NCBI RefSeq assembly: GCF_963921235.1
Contig: NC_086101.1
Location: forward strand, 9,302,001-9,366,000
Source of the DNA: Mobula hypostoma
Lineage: Eukaryota
Reading direction: 5' to 3'
Length of the DNA: 64,000 nt
The notes under the pieces were generated by a model. That model worked only from the letters and a program-made list of their open reading frames with translations. It did not search any database and was not told where the DNA came from. The position numbers and the translations under genes were made by a program. Positions 21,296 to 32,682 of this stretch are shown piece by piece. Numbering within the stretch: the stretch's first letter is position 1; each line of letters opens with the position of its first letter.

Positions 21296-22274
21296 ATGTG
21301 TTTTTTTCCGGCTCTTCCTGCAGTACCGGTTCCCAGCAGCAGGTGGGGATCCTCGCCGCGAAACTGATCTTTGCACAGCTCGCTATCCCCATCTCCTGGT
21401 TGAAAGCGGTATCGCTATGAACTGAACGTCCGAACATTTATCAGCCGGATTGGCGGAATCCCGAGTTCAGAGCATTAACAACGATGTCTGAAGTTGAGGG
21501 TCACATCGTGGCGTACCCCTTTCCTCTCTTACTCCTCCTCCCGTGTGATCCTCAAACTCAGACCTTTCCCCTCACTCACTCTCCAGCCCTGTCAAACTCA
21601 CTGGTGACAAAAGACCCCCATGCAGGTATCAAAGGTCACACGCGGTTCTCAGTGTGGGTTTCTTTCTGCCCCTCCGTCACTCAGTGTTCCAGTGCCCCTT
21701 TCGCCCCATCCATCACTCAGCCTCACTCACATGATCATTTGCGACAGTTGTGTCACCCGAGTAAGGATTGTGTCTTCCACTTGGGTGGGAAGCAGAGCCC
21801 AATGCAGGGGTCACGGGAAGGAACCACGTAGCAAACAGGGTGCAGCAGAGGGAGGGGTGGGCAAGTGTTGGAGGCATGAGGTCTGAGGAAGGGTGCACAG
21901 AAGGTAAGGGGCGGGGGGAATCCCGAGGGAGAGGACAACCGGGATCAAAGTTGAGGGAGGTTCAGATGAAACTGTGTGTAAGTGCAAGTGAGGACAAGGC
22001 CGTGGATAAAGGTAAATGTCTGAGCTCACGTGTCTGTGCGTGTGCGTGTGGCAGAGAAAGAGAGAGAAAGCCTGAGACATCTTCTCTGCTTTCCAGGTAG
22101 ATGCAGGATCAGCACTGGTCCAATTTTTCCATCTGTTTCAAAACAAATAGAAAGATGCTCGCTGGGGCAAAGTCTTCCGCACTGACACGTTAACCACTTG
22201 GTCCCAGCCTCACTTACTGGGAGGCGGTCATCTGTAATCGCTTCTCTAGTCAAACTATCTACATATATCTTGTC

Positions 22275-23280
22275 AAAACATTATTCCGTCTGGGTAGCCT
22301 CCAACCTGATGGCAAGAACATCAATTTCTTGAAATTCCGGTAATGGACACACCATCACCATTCCCCATTCCCATTTCGCTCTCTCACCTTGCTTCCTTTC
22401 CTGCCCATCACATCCCTCTGGTGCTCCTCCACCTCCCCTTTCTTCCATGGCCTTCTGTCCTCTACCAGATTCCTCCTTCTCCAGCCCTTTAACAATGTCA
22501 CCAGTCTCTTTCTGGCATTTATAGCGAGAGGATTCGAGTACAGGAGCAGGGAGTTACTACTGCAGTTGTACAAGGCCTTGGTGAGACCACACCTGGAGTA
22601 TTGTGTGCAGTTTTGGTCCCCTAATCTGAGGAAAGACATCTTTGCCATAGAGGGAGTACAAAGAAGGTTCACCAGATTGATTCCTGGGATGGCAGGTCTT
22701 TCATATGAAGAAAGACGGGATGAACTGGGCTTGTACTCGTTGGAATTTAGAAGATTGAGGGGGGATCTGATTGAAACGTACAAGATCCTAAAGGGATTGG
22801 ACAGGCTAGATGCGGGAAGATTGGTCCCGATGTTGGGGAGGTCCAGAACGAGGGGTCACAGTTTGAGGATAGAGGGGAAGCCTTTTAGGACCGAGATTAG
22901 GAAAAACTTCTTCACACAGAGAGTGGTGAATCTGTGGAATTCTCTGCCACAGCAAACTGTTGAGGCCAGTTCATTGGCTATGTTTAAGAGGGAGTTAGAT
23001 ATGGCCCTTGTGGCTACAGGGGTCAGGGGGTATGGAGGGAAGGCTGGGTTCTGAGTTGGATGATCAGCCATGATCATAATAAATGGTGGTGCAGGCTCGA
23101 AGGGCCGAATGGCCTACTCCTGCACCTATTTTCTATGTTTCTATGTTTCCCAGCTCTTTATTCACCACTCCCCCTCTCCTGGGTTCACCGATCACCTACA
23201 ACCTTGTATTTCTTTTTTCCCTCCCCTCACCTTCTTCCTCTGACTTCTCATCTTTTTTTCTCCAGTCCTGACGAAGATCT
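22275..23280 (+). mobile_element. Penelope-like 3' remnant interrupted by a CR1
   Basis: FRLGSLQPDGKNINF at about 22284; pyrimidine-rich UTR resumes at about 23150 and ends CAGTCCTGACGAAG. Confidence 0.75.
22510..23146 (+). mobile_element. young 5'-truncated CR1
   Basis: Intact ORF2 C-terminus within ORF 22389..23054; (TTTCTATG)2 tail. Confidence 0.93.
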
Positions 23281-23837
23281 GATCTTCTCTTGCTTGAAGC
23301 TTTGGTGAGGTCACGTTTGGAGTGTTGTGGAGACACAAGAGTCAGCAGAGACAAGGCTTTGATGCAGAATCTCAGCCTGAAACGTCGACTATCACTTTTC
23401 CAGTGGAGATGTCACCCGACCTGCTGAGTTCCTCTATCGGCTTCTTTTTGTCTTTGGAGTACCGAGTATTTTTCTGCACATTGCATGTTTGACGGTCTTC
23501 TTTCTTTTGGGTTCCATTGGGTTTCTTTATTTTGTGGCTGCCAGTGAGGAGGCAGGAAAAGGGAGGCGGGGTGTGCGGGATATAGAGTGTATGCAGAAAG
23601 GTGGGGTTAGTTTAATTTGGTCTCATGGTCTGCACAGACACAGGTGGACCAGGTTACTGAGGGAACTGGGAAAATACATTGTGAAGGCTCTGACCACAAA
23701 GAGTAAACAAGGGTGGATTCAGCTCTCTGACCCGAGGAGAATCAGACAGAGAGAGGAGTACAGTGAAGAGAGAAATCAAGAGAATAGGAGGAGAACACAC
23801 GATACCTCTGCAGATAATTTGAATGATAATTTGGATT

Positions 23838-25292
23838 AGTTCCCGAGGATTGGAGGGTGGCTAATGTAACCCCACTTTTTAGAAAAGAAGTGAGAGAGAA
23901 ACTGGGGCATTATAGACCCCGGTTAGCCTAACATCGGTGGTGGTGATCGGTGGAAAATGCTAGAGTCAGTTATCAAATATGAGATAACAGCACATTTGGA
24001 AAGCAGTGAAATGATCGGACAAAGTCAGCATGGATTTGTGAAAGGAAAATCATGTCTGACGAATCTTACTAGAATTTTTTGAGGATGTAACTAGTAGAGT
24101 GGATAGGGGAGAAAAAAACTGTTGACAAGGTCCCACACAGGAGAATAGTGTGTAAAATTAAAACACAAAGTATTGGGGGTATGGTATTGATGTGGATAGA
24201 GAATTGGTTGGCAGACAGGAAGCAAAGAGTGGGAATAAACGGGACCTTTTCAGAATGGCAGGCAGTGACTAGTGGGGTATCGCAAGGCTCAGTGCTGAGA
24301 CCCCAGTTGTTTACAAAATATATTAATGATTTAGATGAGGGAATTAAATGCAGCATCTCCAAGTTTGCGGATGACATGAAGCTGGGTGGCAGTGTTAGCT
24401 GTGAGGAGGATGCTAAGAGGATGCAGGGTGACTTGGATAGGTTAGGTGAGTGGGCAAATTCATGGCAGATGCAATTTAATGTGGATAAATGTGAGGTTAT
24501 CCACTTTGGTGGCAAGAACAGGAAAACAGATTATTATCTGAATGGTGGCCGATTAGGAAAAGGGGAGGTGCAATGAGACCTGGGTGTCATTGTACACCAG
24601 TCATTGAAAGTGGGCATGCAGGTACAGCAGGCAGTGAAAAAGGCGAATGGTATGCTGACATTCATAGCAAGAGGATTTGAGTACAGGAGCAGGGAGGTAC
24701 TACTGCACTTGTACGACGCCTTGGTGAGACCACACCTAGAGTATTGTGTGCAGTTTTGGTCCCCTAATCTGAGGAAAGACATACTTGCCATAGAGGGAGT
24801 ACAAAGAAGGTTCACCAGATTGATTCCTGGGATGGCAGGAATTTCATATGATGAAAGACTGGATCGACTAGGCTTATACTCGTTGGAATTTAGAAGATTG
24901 AGGGGGGATCTTATTGAAATGTATAAAATTCTAAAGGGATTGGACAGGCTGGATGTAGGAAGATTGTTCCTGATGTTGGGGAAGTCCAGAATGAGGGGTC
25001 ACAGTTTAAGGATAAAGGGGAAGCCTTTTAGGACCGAGATGAGGAAAAACTTCTTCACACAGAGAGTGGTGAATCTGCGGAATTCTCTGCCACAGGAAAC
25101 AGTTGAGGCCAGTTCATTAGCTATATTTAAGAGGGAGTTAGATATGGCCCTTGTGGCTACAAGGATCGGGGGTATGGGGAGAGGGCAGGTACAGGGCTCT
25201 GAGTTGGATGATCAGCCATGATCATACTGAAATGCGGTGCAGGCTCGAAGGGCCAAATGGCCTACTCCTGCACCTATTTTCTATGTTTCTAT
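23838..25292 (+). mobile_element. CR1 LINE 3' 1.45 kb
   Basis: ORFs 24148..24576 (SKFADD) and 24604..25221; (TTTCTATG)2 tail. Confidence 0.93.
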
Positions 25293-25644
25293 GACATTCA
25301 TGAGGGGCTACAGGCACATTGAGATTTAACGAGTAATTAGTGAGAGAACAGATTTCCTTAAGCGCTGATGTGGTTATCAACCGGTGGATCAGCTCGGGAG
25401 GGGAGTGGTCTGAAATCAATATTTCCCATCCCTATTTCCCAGGGAAAACATCATGGGATCCACGGAATGAAGGAGAATGAACATCAACATCATGGAAAAT
25501 CTCACATTACAAAAGAGTAGGTGCTGATGATGTGAAAGCCAGCTGAGGTGGATAAATCCCCAGAGCCTGATCAAGGGCATGCGAAGACAACAGGAGTAGG
25601 TCCACCCTATTACCACAATTTTTGGGTTACCAATGATAGAACTA

Positions 25645-26125
25645 AACCATCTAACCTCTTCAGCTCGTCTTATGATTGCATTTCTTACATTAATGGCTAG
25701 AAGATCCATTTTGCTGAACTGGAAAGAGATCAATCCTCCCACACATTTCATTGGCTCTCTCAAACTATGTTGTGTTTAAACTTGGAAAAAAATTAGAGGT
25801 GTAATATATGATCCCTCTATTAAATTCAAAAAGACTTGGAAGCCACTTATTCAACACTTCCATACGATGTAATTTGAACTTTTCCAAACCTATTCTGTTT
25901 CTTTTTAATATACATCGAGATGAGCGGAGTCGACGACACTAATGGTTCCTTTTTTTTGACGTTACACAACAGTCCATGTCTTTTTCTTTCTTTAGTTTAG
26001 GTGGTTAGCATTGTTTAGATTAGTTTTTCTATTGGGGAAATATTTTTTTTCCTTTTTCATGTTTTTTTTTGGTATATTATACTTGTATCTTGTACAATTG
26101 GGAGGTTTAATCCCTGTGGGCCAAC
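25645..26125 (+). mobile_element. L1-clade LINE 3' end
   Basis: IAFLTLMARRSILLNWKEINPP...WLSQTMLCLNLEK...KFKKTWKPLI resembles the fish L1 ORF2 C-terminus; T-rich UTR. Confidence 0.75.
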
Positions 26126-26574
26126 TGGGTTTATAGACAATAGACAATAGGTGCAGGAGTAGGCCATTCAGCCCTTTGAGCCAGCACCACCATTCACTGT
26201 GATCATGGCTGATCACCCACAATCAGTACCCTTTTCCTGTCTTCTCCCCATATCCCTTCACTCCGCTATCTTTAAGAGCTCTAACCAACGCTTTTTTGAA
26301 AGAATGCAGAGAATTGGCCTCCACTGCCTTCTGAGGCAGAGCATTCCACAGAACCACAACCCTCTGTGGAATTTATATTTAAATATGTTGGGTTTTCTAT
26401 GTTTCTATTAAACGTGCAGCAAATTCAGAAATCAAAGGTGGAGAGAGAGGGTGCAGGCTGGCTCAAGGACACAACTTGAGAAGGGCTGGAAGGACAATCT
26501 GGGGAACTCCAGGCCGCTGAGCCTCACAGCTGTGATGGGAAAATTTCTGAGAGACAGGATCAAATTGAGTTTGA

Positions 26575-28715
26575 CCAGAAAACCAAAGAACATAGGAGCA
26601 GAATTATGCCATTCGGTCCATCAAGTCTACTCTGTTAATGCATCATGGCTGACTTATTTACCCTCTCAATCCTATTCTCCTGCCTTCTCCTGACAATCTG
26701 ACACCCTTACTAATCAAGAACCCATCAACCTCAACTTTAAATATACTCAATGACTTGGCCCCCACATCTCTGTGACAATGAATTCTAGTTTCACAATCTA
26801 ATAACTAAAGAAATTCCCCATCACCAACGTACAAAAGGGATGTATTTGTATTATGGGTCTGTGCCCCTTGGTCCTCGACTCTCCCATTATCGGAGACATC
26901 CTCTCCACCTCCACTCTCTGCAGGCCATCCAGTATTTGACTGGTCACAATGAGATAACTCATTATTTTTCTAAACTCCAGCAAATGCAGGCACAGAAACA
27001 TCAAATGCTTCTTCTAACTAACCCGTTCTTTACCAGGATCATTTTTCACAACTACCTCTGGACCCTCTCCAATGTCCCAACATCCTTTATGATACGAGGA
27101 GTCAAAACTGCTCACAATACTCCAAATGGTGTCTGACCAATGCCTTATCAAGGCTCAGCATTACATCTTTTCTTTTACACTCTTCTCCCCTCAAAATTAA
27201 TGCTGACATTGCATTTGCCTTCCCGACCACTGACTCAGCCTGCATGTTAAGCTTTGGATAATACTGCACCAGGATTCCCAAGTCTCTCTCCACCTCCAAT
27301 TTCCCAATTTGCTGCACGTTTAATAGAAACATAGAAAACCTACAGCCCCATACAGGCCCTTCGGCCCACAATGCTGTGCTGAACATGAACTTACTTTAGA
27401 AATTGCCTAGGGTTACCCATAGCCCTCTATTTTTCTAAGCTCCATGTACCTATCCAGGAGTCTCTTGAAAGATCCAATCATATCTGCCTCCACCACCGTC
27501 GCCGGCAGCCCGTTCCACGCACTCAGCACTCTCTGAGTAAAAACTTACCCCAACCTCTCCTCTGTACCTACTTGAAAGCACCTTTATTCCTTCGATACCT
27601 TTATTCCCTCTACCAACGTGCACGACCATGTACTTCCCGACACTATATTCCAGCTACCACTTCTCGGACATTCTGCAATCTAAGGCCTAATGCAGACTCC
27701 CTGATTCCTCAACACTACCAACCCCTCCAGCTATCTTTGTATTATCCACAAAACCAGCAATTCTGCCATCCATATCAGTGACAAACAAAATGAAAAGAAG
27801 CGGTCACAACACCAACCCCTGCGGACACCACTCATCACCGATACCCGACCAGTAAAGGACCTCTTTATTCCCCCTCTTTATCTCCTGAGAGTCAGTCAAT
27901 CTTCTATCCGTGCTGGTATCTTTCCTGTAATTCCATGTACTCTCACCTTGTTTAGCAGCCTCATGTGCGGCTCCTTGTCAAATGCCTTCTGAATATCCAA
28001 GTAAACAACGTCTATTGACTCTTCTTTGTCTATCCTACCTGTTATTTCCTCAAAGAATGCAACAGATTGGTCAGGCAAGATTTCTCCTGAAGGAAAAATC
28101 ATGCTGATTTCAACCTATCATATGCCTTCAATTACTCTGAAACCTCATCCTTAATTACAGACTCTAACCAACCAGTGAAGTCAGAAGAAATTGCCTATAA
28201 TTTCCTGTCTTTTGCCTCTCTCCCTTCTTAAAGAGTGGAGTGACATTTGCAATTTTCCAGTCCCCCAAAAGCACGAGTGAAAATTGAAAGATCAGCACTA
28301 ATGTCTCCACAATCATTTCAGTTACTTCTTTCAGAACCTCTGGGTCTCACTCATCTGCTCCAGGTGACTTGTCTACTTTCAGATCTTTCTGTTCTCCACC
28401 AACCTTCTCCATAGTGATAGTGACAACACTCACTTCTGTGCCCTAACACTCTTAAAATTCTGGCAGACTGCTGGTGTCTTCCGCAATGAAGACTGATACA
28501 ATGTACTTAATGACTTTGTCCACCATTTCCAACGTAACTTTCTCGTGGTCTGATATTCACTCTCACCTCTCTTTCACTCTTATTTATCTGATAAAACTTT
28601 TGATATCCTCCTTTATATTATTGACTAGCTAACCTTCATATTTCATCCTTACAAACCGTTTTTTAAGTTTCCTTCTGTTAGTTTTGAAAAGCTTCCCAAT
28701 GCTCTCGCTCCCAAC
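26575..28715 (-). mobile_element. decayed CR1 with a nested CR1 3' tail (about 27323-27580)
   Basis: ORFs 27896..28102, 27102..27386 and 26798..27004; internal ATAGAAAC tail at 27323. Confidence 0.85.
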
Positions 28716-28799
28716 GGAGGACTTGTTCCCTTCCTGTTTCTCACTTCCACTCACACTGACTCAGTGGACAAACCCCCCACCACGTTCTCCATTGAGTCA

Positions 28800-29225
28800 T
28801 CCAGCCCGGGAACTGCTGCTGGAAGATCATTAACTCAGTGAGAGACGCTCTTTGTTCTGCCCGAAACCTGTTGGTCTCCCAGCACAGCCAGATGTCGCGA
28901 AGGGAACGCTGTCGACAGGCACAGTCCAGGCTGCAGGAGGACGTGCTGAGGGACACAGTGGCTCTCAGTGCAGCCAGTGCAAAGTCTCTGGGAGAGGACC
29001 ACAGTCGAGACTCCTTCTGCTACCACACATGGAGGGCCTGGGTCAGGTGGGGAAGCCCCGTGAACACTGAAATTTGTAACATCCCCGAGGCGATCTGAAT
29101 GGCAATTGTTAAATCAGTGTCAACACTACTGAATGTATTGACCATATGACATTAAGAATGTCAAATGTCATTTGAACTGTTTTAAACTTTTGTAGATATT
29201 TTATTATAAATAGAGCTTAATTTTT
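28800..29225 (+). mobile_element. Tx1-clade LINE 3' end
   Basis: NCCWKIINSVRDALCSARNLLVSQHSQMS...RLQEDVLRD is a typical Tx1-type ORF2 C-terminus; AT-rich UTR. Confidence 0.75.
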
Positions 29226-29244
29226 TAAAACGTATGTTTACCTT

Positions 29245-31550
29245 TGCAGCACACAGAAAATGCCGGAGGAATTCAGCAGGCCAGGCAGCATCTAAGGAAA
29301 AGAGTTTTGGGCCAAAACCCTTCATCAAGACCAGAGAGAAACAGATGAGGAGTCAGGGTTAAAAGTTGGGGGAGGGGAGGGAGAAACACAAGGTGAGAGG
29401 TAAAACCGGGAAGGTGGGAGGGGTGAAGTAAAGAGCTGGGAAGTTGATTAGTGAAAGAGATACAGGGCTGGAGAAGGGGAAATCTAATAGGAGAGGACAG
29501 AAGGCCACGGAAGAAAGAAAAGGGGGAGGAGCACCAGAGGGAGGCGATGGGCGGGCAAGGAGATAAAGTGAGAGAGGGAAAAGGGGACAGGGAATGGTGA
29601 AAGAGGGGCTGAGAAATCGATGTTCATGCCATCAGGATGGAGGATACCCACATAGAATATAAGGTGTTGCTCCTCCAACCTGAGCATGGCCTCATCACCA
29701 TGGATTGAAATGTCGGAATGGGAATGGGAAGTTTAATTAAAATGGGTGGCCACTGGGAGATCCTACGGTTTCTGGCAAATGGAGCATAGGTGCTTGGTGT
29801 AGCGGACTGCCAATCTATGTCAGTTCTCACTGACGTACAGGAGGCCACACCAGGAACACCAGACAGAGTACATAACCCCAACAGACTCACAGGTGAAGTG
29901 TTGCCTCACCTAAAAGGACTGTTTGGGGCCCTGAATGGTAGTGAGGGAGGATGTGTAGGGCCAGGTGTAGCACATGTTCCCTTTGCCAGGGGGGAGATCA
30001 GTGGGGAGGGGCGAATAGACAAGGGAGTCGTGTACAGGGAGAACCCTGCGGAAAGCAGAAAGCAAGGGGGAGGGAAAGATGTGCTTGGCAGTGGGATCCT
30101 GTTGGATATGATGGAAGTTACAGAGAATTATGTGCTGGACACAAAGGTTGGTGGGGTGGCAGGTGGAGACAAGAGAAACCCTATCCCTGATGGGGTGGCA
30201 GGAGAATGGGGTGAGAGCAGACATCGTGAACTGGAAGAGATGCAGTTGAGAGCAGCATTGATGGTGGAAGGGGGGAAGCCCCTTTCTTTGAAGAAGGAGG
30301 ACACCTCCAATTTTCCAAAATGAAAAGCCTCTCCCTGAGAGTTGATGCGGCGGAGACAGAGGAATTGAGAGAAAGGGGTGGCGTCTTTACAAGTAACAGG
30401 GTGGGAAGAGGTACAGTCCAGGTAGCTGTGAGTGTCCGTGGGTTTATAACAGGCATCAGTAAATAAGCTGTCTCCAGACACAGAGACAGTGAGGCCAAGA
30501 AAGGGGAGGGAGGTGTTGGAAATGGACCAGGTAAAGTTGAGGGCAGGGTGGAGGTTGGAGGCAAAGTCGATGAAGTCGAAGAGCTCAGAATCGGTGCAGG
30601 AAGCAACACCAATGCAGTCATCAATGTAGCGTAGGAAAAGTGGGGGACAGACACCAGTAACATAAACTGTTCCATGTAGCTGATAAAAAGGCAGACATAG
30701 CTGGGATCCTTGCGAGTGCCCATGGCTACCCCTTTAGTTTGAAGGAAGTGGGAGGAGTGAAAGGAGACATTACTGAGAGTGAGGACAAGTTCTGCCAGAC
30801 AGAGGAGAGTGGTGGTGCTGGAGGAGAAATGCTGCTCAGTAAGAAATGGAGAGCTTTGAGGCCTTCCTGGTTGGGGGTGGAGGTGTATAGGTACAGGACA
30901 TCCAGAGTGAAAATAAGATGATTGAGACCAGGGAATTTGAAATCATTGAAAAGATCCAGAGTGTGTCAAGTGCCACTGTTGTAGGGAGGAAGGAACTGGA
31001 CCAAGAGGGATAAAACAGAGTCGAGGTTTGCCGATACGAGTTCAGTGGGGCAGGAAGAAGCTGAAACAATGGAACTGCCTGGACAGGCAGGTTTGTGGAT
31101 CTTGGGTAAGAGGTAGAAAGGGGAGGTGCGGGCTGCGGGAACTGTGAGGTTGGAGGCAGTGGATGGGAGATCCCCAGAGCTTATAAAGTTGGTGATGGTG
31201 TGGGAGGCAGTGGCCTGGTGCTCCTTAGTGGGGTCCTGTTCGAGGGGTAAGTAAGTAGGAGATGTCTGAGAATTGTCACTGGGCCTGAACGGTAGAGGTC
31301 AGTACGCCAGACTACTACAGCACCCCACTTATCTGCGGGTCTGAGGGTGAGGTGAGGATTAGTGCTGAGGGAGTGGAGAGCAGAGTGTTCGGAAGGAGTG
31401 AGGTTGGAATTGGAGAGAGGAGCGGTGAAGTGGAGATAGTTGATGTCCCATCAGCAGTTGGCAATGTAAGGATCCAGAGAAGGCAGAAGACCCGAGCGGG
31501 GTGACCAGGGAGAGGAGGAGGGTTGAAGACCGGAGAAGAGGTCATCGGTG
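29245..31550 (-). mobile_element. Penelope-like element, decayed RT + GIY-YIG
   Basis: MGTRKDPSYVCLF, YKPTDTHSYLD, LEEQHLIFYVGILHPDGMNIDFS; many frameshifts. Confidence 0.88.
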
Positions 31551-32120
31551 CTTGTCCTCCCTCGCCCTTCAGTCTGTCGGATTGCACAGGAGAGAGGTGA
31601 GAGCACCAGCGACCCATCAGCAGCCGCTGCGGCGCAGCTCCGGTCTCCCTGCAACAGGAGACGGGTTTCGGAGGCAGCTGCAAACAACCGGCCCCGATCC
31701 CCGGCGGGGAAAGGCCGGGCACCCTCAGTATAGCTGGAACATCTCTCGGAATCTCCTCACCTCCACCACTGAAAAGATTCGCAGCCCCGGTCGGTGTTGC
31801 AGCGGTTGCCCAAGGCGCAGCTGCCGATTTGCGGCCTGTCCCCGGATCGGACCCACTCGCTCCCGGTGGCAATGGACGGCCCACTGGGCGGGGCTCACTC
31901 CTCGGCCGATGAGAGCCGGTCCGGCTGATTGACGGACCGCCTCCGAGAGCTGCAGAGTTCAGTCCGATGGAAGCGCCGAGTTTGTTCACAGAATCACAGG
32001 AAGCTCCTGTCAGTAACTTTGTTTATCGCCTGTGCATGTGAACTTTGCGTTAATGAACTTGGGTACAGTTCACCCAGACTAACACCTTAGACCGCAAGTC
32101 ACCAGGAGGGACTCGATGTA
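31550..32120. other. CpG-rich unique island
   Basis: High GC and CpG density relative to the CpG-depleted surroundings; GGGCGGGG box near 31886; no recognisable repeat. Confidence 0.55.
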
Positions 32121-32124
32121 CACG

Positions 32125-32635
32125 GTACAACACGCACAAAATGCTGGAGGAACTCAGCGGGCTTTTCTGCTTCTATGGGGGGATGAAAAGTACAGTCGTC
32201 GCTTCGGACCGAAACCCTTCGGCAGGACTGGGGAAAGAAGAACTGAAGTAGATATAAAAGATGGGGGAGGGGGAGAGACACACACGGTGATCGGAGTAAC
32301 CTGAAGGGGGGTGGAGGATGAACTAAAGAGCTGGGAAGTTGATCGGTGAAAGAGATACAGGGCTGGAGAATGGGGAGTCTGATCGAAGAGGACAGAAGGC
32401 CATGGAGGAAAGAAAAGGGGGAGGAGCACCAGAAGGAGGCGATGGGCGGGCAAGGAGATAAAATGAGAGAGGGAAACGGGGGATGGGGAATGGTGATTGA
32501 GAGGGGGTTGGGGGCATTACCGGAAGTTCGAGATATCGATGTTGATGCCATCAGGCGGGAGGCTACCCAGACAGAATATAAAGTGTTGTTCTTCCAACCT
32601 GATCGTGGACTCAACACGACGGTGGAGGAGACTAT
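32125..32635 (-). mobile_element. Penelope-like 3' remnant
   Basis: LEEQHFIFCLGSLPPDGINIDIS plus the conserved terminus. Confidence 0.85.
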
Positions 32636-32682
32636 GGTAATGTCCCCCACTTCTCCTTCACCATCCCGTCCACTTTTTCCCA

